Assembly (NCBI RefSeq): GCF_036321535.1
Contig: NC_087437.1
Coordinates: forward strand, 46,378,001-46,442,000
DNA from: Camelus dromedarius
Lineage: Eukaryota
DNA: 64,000 bases
Direction: 5' to 3'
The position numbers and the translations under genes were made by a program. The notes beneath the pieces were generated by a model that saw nothing but the letters and a program-made list of their open reading frames with translations, made no database searches and was not told the origin of the DNA. This document shows, piece by piece, positions 1 through 12,470 of this stretch. Position 1 is the first letter of the stretch, and each line of letters begins with the position of its first letter.

Positions 1-9
1 ACATTCATT

Positions 10-140
10 AGCTTATTTTACCCTTGCCAGAACCCCGTGAGGAGACCTAGCCACAGAGGAGGTAAGTGGCTTCCAAGGCCCCAGGGCCACAGCCAAGTCG
101 GGAAGTGCGCCCAGGCGGTCTGGCTGCAGAGTCTGTACGC
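10..140 (-). mobile_element. MIR SINE fragment
   Basis: Diverged match to the reverse complement of the MIR core (cacagaggaggtaagtggcttccaaggcc...cccaggcggtctggctgcagagtc). Confidence 0.55.
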
Positions 141-534
141 TTGTTTGGTTTACTGCCTGTGAAGGAGGCGTCACAGATGAGCAGTGTTTGACCCACAACG
201 TGGTTGCAGTTGAGGCTAAAATCCATCCTACTGGGAGTTCTGGAGGTGAAATGGCCCTTTTGAACTGTCCCAGATTTCAAGAAGGGGGCTGGCCTTTGTA
301 TCCCCACTCAACCCAAGTTTACCCCTGGGGACAAGAAACAGTGGCTGGCTGACAGGCATGTAGTAGAGGGCAGTTTCTAGTGAGGAAAGCAGCTGGGAGA
401 GTAAAACAGCCCATCTTGCCAGTGTCTGGGGCACTGGTGTGTGGGTGACGAGGCATCTGGGCAGAGCACCACAGCGTCCACTACAGCTGGCGTGGACCAG
501 GCGCGATGAGGACGGCCTGGTGACGATGGTGACT

Positions 535-725
535 GTTACTCACCAAGGCTTTCTGGTGTGGCAGGCTCTGTTCTATGTATCTTATTCACATTAACTCATT
601 TAATCCTTGTAATACTCCTATAAGGAAGGTTCTTCTGTTTTTCTTTGGAGGTAAAGTCACTGAAGCACAAAAAGATTTAATAGTCAGGGCATGATCATTC
701 AGCCATTAAGTGCCAAAACGAGAAT
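535..725 (-). mobile_element. MIR SINE
   Basis: aactcatttaatccttgtaatactcctataagg...actgaagcacaaaaagattt resembles the antisense MIR core. Confidence 0.7.
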
Positions 726-739
726 TTTTTTTTAAAGCG

Positions 740-960
740 CTTTTTTTCCCTAAATTTACGTCTAGTAAAATTCAATCCTTTTGGTGGACATTTATATTAA
801 TTTTGACAAATGACAAGTGATATGTAGGTACAGAATAGTTCCATCGCTAGCCCCCTGTAAATTCTTCAGGCCCTTTCTAGTCAGCTATTACTGTTGGCCT
901 CATGTCTAGCAACAACTGATCTGTTTTGGCTCCTATAAACTTGCCTCTATTAGAAATTGT
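740..960 (-). mobile_element. Old L1 (L1MD/L1ME-like) 3' end fragment
   Basis: taaaattcaatcc...ttttgacaaatg...cagaatagttccatc...caactgatctgtttt is typical of antisense old L1 3' UTRs. Confidence 0.6.
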
Positions 961-1576
961 TATTGATTATTCATTTGTAACAAACGCAGTGTTTATGCAA
1001 TCTGTATCCTCTGCCCCAGAACCATGAGTGATCACCTCCCTTTTCAGCCACTTCTATAACTCCTTTTTTTTTAATGGGATGGGGTGGGTGTGCCTCCTCT
1101 GGAACTCTTGACTGTTTTCGGTCATGGAAAACTGTGGAAGCCATGACTTTGGGGACTGTCCTGGGGCTCTGCTGCCTATTTTCTTCCATCAGCCCTTTGA
1201 AAACTACAGCTTGGCATCACTGTTGAACATGGGGCTTTTCTGTGAACTATGACATGTCTGAAGCATGTTGTGGGAAGCCAGGAAATCTCAGAGCCTCCTC
1301 TGTTCTGAGATCCCCACTCTCACCTGCGATCTCTGATGTGGACACAACTGTGGTCCCACAGTTTCAACCAAGAGAGGGGGCAGTGTGCCAGGCCACTCTT
1401 CAGGTCCTCACAGCACATGAGCCCTTGGGACTTACGTCTTAAGCAAGTGGTGGGAAGACTGGCCTTTGGACGTCCAGCTCCCTCTTGAAGTCTTCCTGTT
1501 CTTATGAATGCTTGTTCTCAGTCCTCCAGGATTTAGCTTTTGATACTCAAGCCAAATCGTCACAATCTCCAAAAGG

Positions 1577-1632
1577 TTTTTTTTGTTTGTTTGTTTGTTT
1601 GGGTATTTTGTTTTGTTTTGTTTTTTGTTTTT
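1577..1632. repeat. (TTTG)n/(TTTTG)n microsatellite
   Basis: Directly visible simple repeat. Confidence 0.9.
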
Positions 1633-2920
1633 TGCCTTAGGTGCCTGCCTGTGCTAGTGTCATGAATCCACTTTGGAAAAAACACTGTTTTCCCAGAGAA
1701 GCCCCACTTACCCACTACAGACCACGGGGGTGGGAGAAGGATTACTGAGAAGGAATATACAAATGTTGTCATTGTCTTGGGTGGGAGAGGATGTGGTAAG
1801 GTTAGCATTGGAATTGGGGCGGAGGTGGGAGGCGTCGGGACTGCTGTTGTGCCTTAGAGCTTGACAAACCTTCTGGGATTCTGACAGAGCCTTGCCTCTC
1901 CCTGGGGACCTCACTTTCTATCATTGCTTACCAATGTCTTTCATTGTGTGGTATGTTCTTAAATATGCCATCCTGTATCAAGAGATTGATCAAGGGTCAT
2001 TGTTCCCTACACTTCAGGGCACTCATTCTTTTCTCCTACCCTTAACAAATACAAGGACCATATCTGTCTCACTTAGCATATGTCTCCAAATATAGCACAG
2101 TGAGTCACGTGGTAGGTGCTCTGGAAATATTTATTATAGGAATGATTGTGGATGATGAGAATGATAAGCTAGCTTTGGCTTTGGGGAAAAAAAGTTATAT
2201 CCAGGAAAATTAAGGAAGTGATGCTATTATGACTCAAAGGAAGGATGACTTTAGGTTAGGAGAAGGGAAGGGAAGAGGAGAAATAGTTTCTACTTGAGAG
2301 GCTCATACTTTGAAACCCAGGATGGCCCGGAGTATTCAATTATGTTTCCTTGGGGCTGAGCAGTTTCTGGGGTCTAATGGCTAGAGCTTTGCCACTGCCT
2401 TCCACTTTCAGCCCTTCTGCAATAAGATACAAAGTCCTGGTGAATGTATGGGTCATTGAGCAGAAGCTTTGTGAGCTACCCAGTCCTGGCACCAGCAGCA
2501 TTCACAATGCCATCAAGCTGGAGGTTAGATCAGGGTCTGTAGAATGGCCTTCCTTAAGCCAAGGGCCAGCTTCCCCAAACAAGTCTCCTTTACAGAGGCC
2601 ACACACCTCAGCCTAAAGTCACCTGGTTTCACTCTACAGACAGAGGCACAGAAGAAGGAAACAATTCCAAACAAGGAGTTTATTTTCCCAAAGTAAAGAG
2701 TTTTTTTTTTTAATTTCTCTCACTGACTTTCTCATTATTTTCTACTCTTTTAAAAGTAATAATAATCATAGAGCTGAAATGTCTGGTCAATTTCAAATCA
2801 GTTACATGACATTTTAGGCTACTTTCTACACCAGAGGAATAAAGACAAATTCAGTGCAAATTATTTTAAATTCTGTAGTAGTCTTCTTACATTGTCTCTC
2901 TACTTCTTGGTTTTCGAAAA

Positions 2921-2967
2921 CTATGGTAACTTACCGGCTACGGTAACTTATTGGCTACGGTGTCTTA
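2921..2967. repeat. 17-bp tandem repeat, about 2.7 copies (ctaYggtaacttaYYgg)
   Basis: ctatggtaacttaccgg / ctacggtaacttattgg / ctacggtgtctta. Confidence 0.8.
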
Positions 2968-3884
2968 ACAATTGTATGTAAGATTTTGTGTTCCCTTAAA
3001 AAAAGACATCTTGTGTAATTAAATTTTCAGTCAGTAAATAATAGGGCATGAGCCACTGGTCAGTGCCAGATTGGGCAAACACTGGAAATTCGGCCTAGTT
3101 TTTAAATGTTTTATCTACTTGAGATATTTTAAAATGTTCTTCTAATTTTTTGATTACATAAGCAAAAATATTTTGCAATGTGCCATTTTTACTTATTTAC
3201 AACAAAGTTGTCAAAACTAATTTTTCTGTTTCATGGTTATGTGGGGAAAATGTGTTACTCTTTAAGATCACTGGCATTTAAAATGTTAGCTTGTAATTTT
3301 ACATGTCTAAGAGTTGCCGTAGTTTGGTAAAAACCTTTGTGAATATTAAACATTCAAGAAAGTATGGTTAACAATATGTTTCCTCATTATAATAAAATAC
3401 AGTTATGAAATTAATGCTATTCTAATTTGGAGCTAAATTTGATAGAAAACACACACTCAAACCTTCTCAAATGTTTGTTGAACTCTAGCTATGAGCAAGG
3501 CTGAGCTCTGTAGAGAGGAAGACAATTAACCAGGTCCATATCCTGCTCTCAATTAATGTACAGTTTAGAGGGAAGATAAGGCAGAAAAGTAACTCTAATC
3601 AAAAGCAAGGTGGGACTTCGCAAATACCCTAAGGAATTTGGAAAAGGCATGTACCACTTATAGCCAGAGATAAAAGAAGAATCTGGAAGGAGCTGGTGGC
3701 CTTCCAGTTATTTCTGGAAGGAAGATATGTGAAGGGAATCTTTCTTGAGAAAACAGTGTGTGAAATATGTTATTTAGAGACTGCTTCTTTCACTTATATT
3801 TGGAGTGAAAGACTTCAGGCTTGGCCCAGGGACTTAACCAAAGATAAATCCATTCCAGCCACAAAACCTTGGACATCTTGTCCC

Positions 3885-4210
3885 ATTCTGACCTGAGGGT
3901 ATTTACGATTGCAGTACCCTCTGTCTGGAGTGCCTTCCCCCAGTATCTGCATGGCTGGTTCCCTCACCTCTGTAAGTCTCAAACCTGTGACTGTCCTACT
4001 CAGCATCTTAGCTGTTGCTCTGCTTTGTCTCCTCCGTGCTTATTTCCACATAATATGCTATATTACTCTTACCTATTTTGTCTGCTTCCCCTCACTAAAG
4101 CGTATGCTCAGGAAGGCATGGATTTTTTTTAATGTTTCCTATCACCAAACCCTATAACAGTGCATTGTACATAGTGTGCATTCAGTAGCTATTTGTGGCA
4201 TGGTTGAGAG
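3885..4210 (+). mobile_element. L2 LINE 3' end
   Basis: ccctctgtctggagtgccttccc...gctcaggaaggcatgg...acagtgcattgtacatagtgtgcattcagtagctatttg resembles the L2 3' terminus. Confidence 0.7.
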
Positions 4211-4364
4211 GAAGAACAGATATGGAGAAACAAAGTGGTTCCAAACAGTTTCCTTTAGAAAATTATTTTAGATGACAACACAGTACTAAGGTGAGTATGC
4301 ATGCTCTTTCCTGTGGGAGGCAGCTTTTGTGTGAAGTGAGTCAGCATCTGATGGCTATTGTGAT

Positions 4365-4530
4365 CGCTTGGGTAACCTTGGACAAGTCGCCTGATCCTTT
4401 TTTGCCTCAGTTTCCGCATCTGTAAAATAGGACAGTAAAGTCTCTCCCTCATAGGATTATTAAACAAGTTAACATATTTACACGTGTCTGGCATATCGTC
4501 ATTGTTATGTAAGTGTTTACTATGATTATT
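4365..4530 (+). mobile_element. MIR SINE
   Basis: accttggacaagtc...gcctcagtttccgcatctgtaaaatagg...cctcataggatt. Confidence 0.85.
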
Positions 4531-4627
4531 TACTTTCCTTTTATAGATTCGAGTTTGGCTTTGCCATACAATCTCTCTCTCAAAAGACTCTGAGGACAGA
4601 CCAGATACTTTGGGACTTTCCTTCCTC

Positions 4628-4629
<2 letters not shown>

Positions 4630-4679
<50 letters not shown>

Positions 4680-4680
4680 T
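4630..4680. repeat. (TTTC)n microsatellite at the poly(A)-tail position of the adjacent L1
   Basis: Perfect tttc repeat abutting the antisense L1 3' end. Confidence 0.9.
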
Positions 4681-4990
4681 GAGTTATACTTAGTTTACAA
4701 TGTTGTGTCAAATTCTAGTGTAGAGCACAGTTTTTCAGTTATACATGAACATACATATATTCATTGTCACATTCTTTTTCACTGTGAGCTACTACAAGAT
4801 CTTGTATATATTTCCCTGTGCTATACAGTATAATCTCGTTTATCTATTCTACATATGCCTGTCAGTATCTACAAATTTCAAACTCCCAGTCTGTCCCTTC
4901 CCACCCCACCCCCTTGGCAACCACAAGTTTGTATTCTATGTCTATGAGTCTGCTTCTGTTTTGTATTTATGTTCTTTTGTCTTTTTCTAG
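4681..4990 (-). mobile_element. Young lineage-specific L1 3' UTR (cetartiodactyl, camelid-like), 5'-truncated
   Basis: tagtttacaatgttgtgtcaaattctagtgtagagcac...ccctgtgctatacagt...ggcaaccacaagtttgtattctatgtctatgagtctg; homologous to 47550-47820. Confidence 0.85.
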
Positions 4991-6714
4991 GGCTTTTCTT
5001 TGAACACAGTTTTACTGTGACCTTCTGCATGGACTATGCCTGCCTCCTCCCTCAGCCCCTACCCCGTCACTTGTCTTCAGGCCTCCCCCCAACCTTCAGC
5101 ACCTCACTGTGGTCACCTTTATAGGTGACCTTTTCTTGTGTTAACTTCCCTCCTCTTCCGTTGTGCCCATGCTTCTGGGCATGGAGTATGTACTCGGCCA
5201 ACCCCTCTGTTCATCATTCTCTTCATTGGCTTTGGTATTTCCCCTGGAGTTTCTATTCTGAGCATAACCTATTCCTTCTGTTTTTCACTGCACCACACAG
5301 AACTGTGTTATCTGAATCTCATCATTCTGCAATACCCAGTCATTGCCTTATCCTTTTCTGTCCCTGACTGTGAAATCTGTTCTTTCTCTATCAATCAAAT
5401 GAACAAAAGGAGAAGCAAAAAGTCTTGCTTAAATGTTTTTAATTGACATTTTATCCACTTACAGTGATAAAGAGAAAATGTCACTCTCTTCTTATTTGAT
5501 CATCTGCTTTGGCCTCCCTACTTCTATTTTCTCGGTTTAGACTTGAGAACCTGATGAGACCCTGACTGTTTCTTTTAGGCGTTGGAGCAAACTGTTCTCC
5601 TGAAGCTGAGTTTTGGGAGTACCAGTGTGCCCAGCGGCTCCTGAGCAGCAGTTCAAGCTATGTCTCTTTCCTGTCCCAGATCTCTGAGGTCTGGCAGGAC
5701 AGGTCCACGGAGAATCACCTTTTGGGTCAGGCCCTCCTGGTACTGGAAACTGGGTGCATTCCTGTGACCTTTCTATTCCTGGAGTCACTGGGGAGATCAA
5801 GGTTGCTACCCAGGTTCTGTATTGAGATAGTGCAGAAAAGCTGCCTCCAGGTAAGAAGTGGTCCTTGTTTAAGTGTCAGGGACTCATTTTGGACATTTAA
5901 CAAAATGGAGAAAAAAATGTTAAACAAACCAATATTATTTTTACATAAAAGACCCTCCTTTTTGCTGTAATACATTCTTGGATTCAGCAGCCAAAAGCAG
6001 AAAAGTGAAAAATGAACTATCTTTTTTCCTCATTGACTCTGTGTTCACTCCAGAGCTGACAGTAAGTTAAAAATACTTGGCTGGTGAGAAAGGTGAGAAA
6101 TGGATGATTCAGTCTCTCCAAATTAAGAATCTGCTGCTGAAATAGAAGACTGGTCAGATCCAGCGTTGAGAGACGTTGTTTTTAGGTTCTTTCCTACTAG
6201 GCAAAATTCAAGCAGGGGCTGCATGTATAAAGACACAAAAACCTTTATAAAAGTGACAAAAATGTCAGGGTGACACTTTTATAGAAAAAACTTTAACTCT
6301 TTCTTCAAATTAGAAACACCAGGGAGAACACATAGCATAGAAGTTCCTGTGACAAACCTGGACCCTGTTTGCTTAACGCTTTCCTCTCACTGGGAGCCTC
6401 GCCTCATTTTAGGTGCCATCAAGGACCTGTTTATGACTCTCGCCTGCTGGCTCTCACACAGTGGCTTATTTTGGGCTCCCAGTCAGTCAAGGTGCTAATT
6501 GTGCTTATGAATACCTCCCAGCTATTCTTAACACGTTGTTTCTAACAGTTCTCCTTGGCATTTAAAGATTCATTTTGACCTTTTCCCCCCCAGGGCTGAC
6601 ACTCCAGGCTCCACTGGGTTGAGAGCTCCTCTTTTGATGGCTAACTTCTATCCCCTTGTATTACCATCCTCTTGAACTGTCTTGTTTTGGCCTAAGCCTA
6701 CTTTCTTTTTGTTG

Positions 6715-7545
6715 AATTTTATTTTTTGAGTAGTTTCAGAAAAATAGGGAAAAACAAAAATATACTCCAGGAAGTTCCCCAAAGCCCACGGCCCAGTTCC
6801 CCCTATTGTTGGAATCTGACATTAGTATGCCATTCTTGAACTAATACTGTTGGTACATTACTTTTAACTAAAGCCCATACTTTATTCAGATTTACTTAGT
6901 GTTATCTTAATGTCCTTTTCCCCTTCCAGAATTCCATCCAGGACACCATATTACATTCAGAAGTCATGCCTCCTTAGGCTCCTCTTGACTGTGACAGTTT
7001 TTCAAAACTTCCTGGTTTTTGAAGATCTTGAGTTTTGGAAATTCCTAGTCAGATATCTGGTAGAATATCCCTCATTGGGATGTATCTGTTTTCCTCATTC
7101 CTTTTCCTTATGAAAGTTCAGCGAAGAAACCCACAGAAGTAAAGCACCGTACTCATGACATCTTATTAAGGGTACATGCTGCCAATGTGGCTTATCACTT
7201 ATGTTTGCCTTAATAACCCAACTGAGGTAGTGTTTGCCAGATTTCTCCACTATAAAGTTATACATTCCCCTTGCTTTCACACTGTACTCTTTGGAAGGAA
7301 GTTACCATGCACAGCCCATACTTAAAGAGTGAGTGAGGAATTATACACAACTTCTTTGAGAATGAAGTACCTACATAAATTATTTGAAATTCTTCTGGAA
7401 GGGAGATTTGTCTATTCTCCTCCATTCATTTATTCATTCATTATTTAATCTTTTAAAATTTAATATCAGTATGCACTCACGACTATGTTTTATATTTTGG
7501 GTTATAATCCAATGCTACTTCATTATGTTGCTCAAATTGGGAACC
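6715..7545 (-). mobile_element. L1MC-like 3' end
   Basis: ttaactaaagcccatactttattcagattt...ccatccaggacaccatattacattcag...ctttggaaggaagttaccatgcacagccc typical of L1MC3/4 3' regions. Confidence 0.75.
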
Positions 7546-7671
7546 AACTTTATTTTTAATGAGTCACTTGTTATTCTCCCTCCCTTAACACTCTTGATTA
7601 TTATAAGCTGAAAAGTATGGTTTAGAGTCTAAACTATATCAGCTCACTTCTGGACAGCTATTTACAAAGTT

Positions 7672-7730
7672 TTCTTCCAGATCCTTCCCTTCTTTCTTCT
7701 TCCAGATCCTTCCCTTCTTTCTTCTTCCAC
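7672..7730. repeat. 25-bp exact tandem duplication (about 2.3 copies)
   Basis: ttcttccagatccttcccttctttc twice, plus a partial third copy. Confidence 0.9.
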
Positions 7731-10700
7731 AATCTTAAGACATTTACAAAAATAATTATGCATAAGAACTACTGATGGAAATGCTTCCAGTTTTAGAAAG
7801 CTGCCCAAATTCACTGAACAACTGCCCGCCCTCAACTCCACTTTGCCAGTTTAGTTTTCATCATGTCTTGTGGGCAGCATCTTGAGCACTGGCACTTGAT
7901 ATATATGAAATGGTGATCAATACGAGGCACGAAGTATTCTCAGTTGGGAAACTATTAAAGAGAAACAAAAAGTATCAAGGCATAATAAAATTATCTTCTC
8001 CTTCATAGCTGGTTAGTCCAGTTTGAACTTTTTAGATAATAGCGGATAAAACATCATGTCGTCTAAAATGAGTCTATTTCCAGAAGTCTTTTGAGGGCAA
8101 ATGGACATTTTGAGCTCATAAATCAGTTGCTCATTGTAAATTTTTCTTTATTGTATTTTTCAAGTTCATCTTGAGCCGGAAATGCCTGTGTGACTCCATG
8201 TGATTGAGATTCTGAATTTTTATTTTCCCACCACATCCAACTAGTTTGTTCCTTTGCTTGAGGAAAGAATGGCTTGTTATTAGTTGACTAAAATGCTCCA
8301 TCTATTATAATGGTCTTCACATATTCTTCTCTATTGAGTTACCAGACACATGTGCTATTCCAGTTATTAGAATAGAGTTTAGAAAATCTGTACTTATTCC
8401 CCAGACAAAATATCCCTTTAAATGTTGTCCCACTGCTTGACTTGAATCCAGAGTTCTTCAGGAACGATTTCCACTTTTGTTCTGTAGCAGTCCCTAGAAT
8501 GCTTTCTACCAGAGAGGAATTACTTTTATTTCATCCTGGCTGCCCTATAGTGGGTCTCCTCGGTGTCTCTGATACATATTTGCAAAGCCAGACCACTCTT
8601 CTGTGACTCCGTGGGAGCTTCCCAGTGTATGACTGCTCTGGCCTAGCCCTTCCAACGTTCAAGGATGGTGTATGACACATTTACCTGCTCCCTAGTCTTG
8701 AAGTTCTCTCTCTCTCTCTCTTTTTTTTTTTAAATTCCATGGCTCATTTCAAAAAGGATTTGAAAGTGACAGGCTTGGTATTTTCTTTGGGGCCCATTTA
8801 TGCAAATGTTTTAGGACTGCTATCTGATTACCCACTTCTGGGTCTAGCAGTGTGTGATGGAGTACAAGAGCATCCAGCTGACTGTCAGAGACAGCACTAG
8901 GAAAGTGGGCCTGGTGGTCGCAGGGGGGCCACAGGCATGCTGCAAGACTCTCAGCAAGGGAGGCTGACAGCTCCCAACAGGGGACGATCTTTATGGGAAA
9001 GGTACCTGTGCTTACTCTCTTAGAGCACTGAAGAAGGATTTGAGCTTGGTGTCTGCTCTCAGCTCTAGTTCTGGTTCACCTCCAACAGGTCGTGAAACCC
9101 ACCACAAGTTACTTAAACTCTCTAGACCCCTGCTGCTTCATTTGTAACTAAGACATTTTTAATTCCAAGGCCCTATGATCCTTTCATGGATTTTGAAAAA
9201 TGTCTCCAAAGTTGTCTTGTCTGTCAAGTTAACATAGGATTGAATTTTGTAGATTTAAAAAAAAAAAAATAAGGTTTAACCATCTCTCTTTTACTGAAAA
9301 CACAAGCAAGATGAAAGAATAAAATGGATTTCAATACATTCCTTCCACACTGACTTGAGTTCATGGTACTAAGAATACAATAGTGAATAAGATACCGTTC
9401 CTGCGCTCAGATGTGCTAAGGTTTAGAAACAAAGCATGCCAGTCCCATCCCCCCTCTTCTCTACATTCCTGCTCTCTCCTGAAGGAAACCCAGGACTGGC
9501 ATCAAATCCCTGGTTGGCTTTTCCCGAACACTCCAGTATCCCCGGGTTGCAGATGGGTGGGGCTAAGGCTATTTAGGAGCTAATGTGAATTCTGAATTCA
9601 GATTTCCTAAAAGTGACAGCCACTAGTCTCAGCATTGACAGGTATTTTGACGATAAATCATTATCCACCCTACTTATTATCTAGTTCCCAAGCTATTAGC
9701 ATATATAGTGCCTTTTTGCAGATAAGGAAATATATCCCCTTTAGACAAATTGTGTAAATGTGGCTCCTCTGTGGAGCAATTAAGGGAAGACCCCCTTCCT
9801 ACAGGCTGATTCAGTCCCTGACCAGTGTACCCTGTGCCTTGAGGCACATGGCAGGATCTCAGCCCCCTACCCTGCCCCTCAGAGGGTGCCCTGCAGAACC
9901 ATACACCGCTGCCTACATGCAACCTCTCCAGCGAATCCATAAGAGCCTTCCTCAGAACAATGCTTTTCTCCAGACATTTACCAGGAAAGACATGCTCTCT
10001 GGGAGTTGGCTATCCTAACAGCACCAGGCTGTTAAGACAGCGGCTATTTCTTCATGTTTAAAATACGGCACCATATGTGTGAGTTGCCTCAGGGTTTGGG
10101 TGACAAGGCATCCTATTTCTGTCAGATTGCTCTGGTTTTCACTACTTTTTTTCCCCCAACAGTGTCCTGAGAAGTCCTTAAGAGTAGCAATATGTCTCCT
10201 TTGAAAAATCAAACCACCTCTGCAAGATCAGAGCCCTTGAAATGAAACTACATTGTGGGATGTTTGGAAGCCCAGCTGCCGCTAGCTCTGTGAAAGCCTG
10301 GTCCTCCACCATATACATTCTAATTTAATTGGCCAGAAGAGTTCAGGCTGATGTGACCAAGTGATCAGTTCGAGTTATGAGATATTAATAAATGGGAGTA
10401 AAGAAGAAAAAGGCATTTGGCAAATTTACTACAGGACGGCAGAGCTGAGAAGTCTTGATTAAACAATTGGATACTTGCTTTTTATTTTTCCCCCCATCCC
10501 TTGAATGCTAAGTCATAACAAAACCTACCTGGTTGCTCATGTTTCATTGGAATTCATTTTGCAGTTCCCCCCATGTTTTGATTCAAAAATGCTTTTCTTT
10601 CTCTCCAACACAATAAGCCAGAAAATTTGCCTTGTGTGAAATATTTGAGAACCAATGAATGTCTGCTGTCTAGAAAAGTGAAATGTCTCTATGGAATTCT

Positions 10701-12334
10701 TGCTACTCTTAGACATTGTTAATATATTCTGTGAAAAAAAATACAAATGAAAACATGAGGTTTAACGTTGACATGTAACATAAGTTCCATTTAAACATTA
10801 GCCACTCTGTTCTTATTCATTTAGTTAAGTGGGTGATTGGCCAAGGAGGGAATTTTTGCGTGAATTTTTCCTCCCTCTTTTTCAATGGTTATTAGTGGGA
10901 GGAAGTCCTTGGGTCATCTAAGGCAAGTAACTGAAACTGCTTGAGACAGACATTCTTCTGGCTCTGGGAAGGTTAGAAATTGGGTGAACTTATCAAGCTT
11001 GGCTGGTTTTCCAGCTGACTTGCTGTATCTGAGGTCAGTACGGGTACTCCGAAGCATGTGGCATTCTGCTGTTCATTTACAAAGATCTAGGGGCTTGGTT
11101 TTGTTTTTTAAAAGGTTGATTTTGTTTAACAACTTTGGTCAAACTTATAAAATGAGTATGAATTTGCTCCTCAACTCTGGGAGCAGCAAGTGTTATATTC
11201 ATCTTCAAATAAATCTGGCTCTGTTCCTTTCTCTTCCTGCAAGGTTGTTGAGAATTTAATCTCATCTATTTTTGCCCTGCAACTTCCTTTGGTCATTCAA
11301 GGAAACTGAGAGCCTTATGCCTTTCGAAAAATTTGAGGAAGGGAGGGCCTCTGGTTTTACTGCTGAAATGGCTCATTGACAAGCATGTGGATTTGGTGGC
11401 ACTGTCTACATGTCCAACTTGACCACAGTATCTTTGATCCCTCCTGGGCCACAGGGACCAGCGTTAAGACCTAAACTTCATGTCACCTCATTAGCAGCCC
11501 CACATAATGTGGGGCATCAGGTCCACTACAGTAAGAGTCATGTCTTTTAGAAACTTCTGAGCTTTCCCCACCTTAAACAATCCAGCTGTTTATTTTTGGA
11601 ACCTGAACTTATGAAAATTCTCTTCCTTGGGGTGACATCCAGGTCACAAATCCTTGATCTCCTTTTGAGATGGAGGTAGGAAAAGTATCTCTCATTCTTT
11701 CACAATAAACCTACAAACATAGCCAAATTCTTAATCTGTATCCTCTGACATATTTGATTTCTTCTTAATTTTTTTCTTATTCTTGTACTGTTGAGTAAGC
11801 TACCAGCATACCTCGTTAAGGGTTATGACACCAAGAAGTAATATTTGATCTCTGATAATTTTGTTGTTTGTTTTCTCTCTCCCTTTTTTCTTTTCCCATG
11901 GGGGAAAGTATGAAGTTATTTTTCTCATTGCCATCCTCTTTAAGTCCAAGAGCAAAGTACTTCAGAAGGGCAGGCTTTGTGGTTTGTGTGGAATGTAAAT
12001 AGCTCAAATGGCCCCACTTCCAAGAAGCCTTCTTTAACCTTAAGACTGAATGAAGTAAGTGCATTCTCCTGTTTTCTACTGTATTCCGAGCAATACTTTG
12101 AGCACACTTTAAAAATAAATTTATTGCACACACTCCCATCTCTAGGGAGAGCTCTGATTTCTCCCCTCGTTCATCCCAGGAAGAAAGGTCAAGACTGAGG
12201 ACTGTATTGGACCAAGGTCCTTTTTAGGGTGGTGGTGGTGTAAATTTCAAAATAAGAGGAGATAGAAGACTCCTCGCTCTGTGTGACCTCTGCTGTATGT
12301 TTGGTGTCTTCTCTTTAGAGTCGTTGTCCTATCC

Positions 12335-12470
12335 TGATTCATTCATTTATTTATTCATTCAACAAACTTTTCTTGAGGGCTTACTATGCATCAGAGATTA
12401 TCTTGGTTTTAGGAACAGCACAGAGGTAATTCAGCCAATACTCTATCCCCCATAGCTTATATATTAGTAG
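12335..12470 (-). mobile_element. L2 3' end
   Basis: attcattcatttatttattcattcaacaaacttttcttgagggcttactatg. Confidence 0.7.

Noticed and set aside
421..540. Local CpG cluster
   Set aside because: Too short for a CpG island; no promoter evidence
2921..2967. Short direct repeats as a CRISPR-like array
   Set aside because: No unique spacers and a eukaryotic context; simple tandem repeat
7223..7240. tgaggtagt resembling the let-7 5' end
   Set aside because: Inside an L1MC fragment; no hairpin or 3' match
11497..11515. Palindrome gccccacat-a-atgtggggc
   Set aside because: 9-bp arms are expected by chance in 64 kb when spacer length may vary
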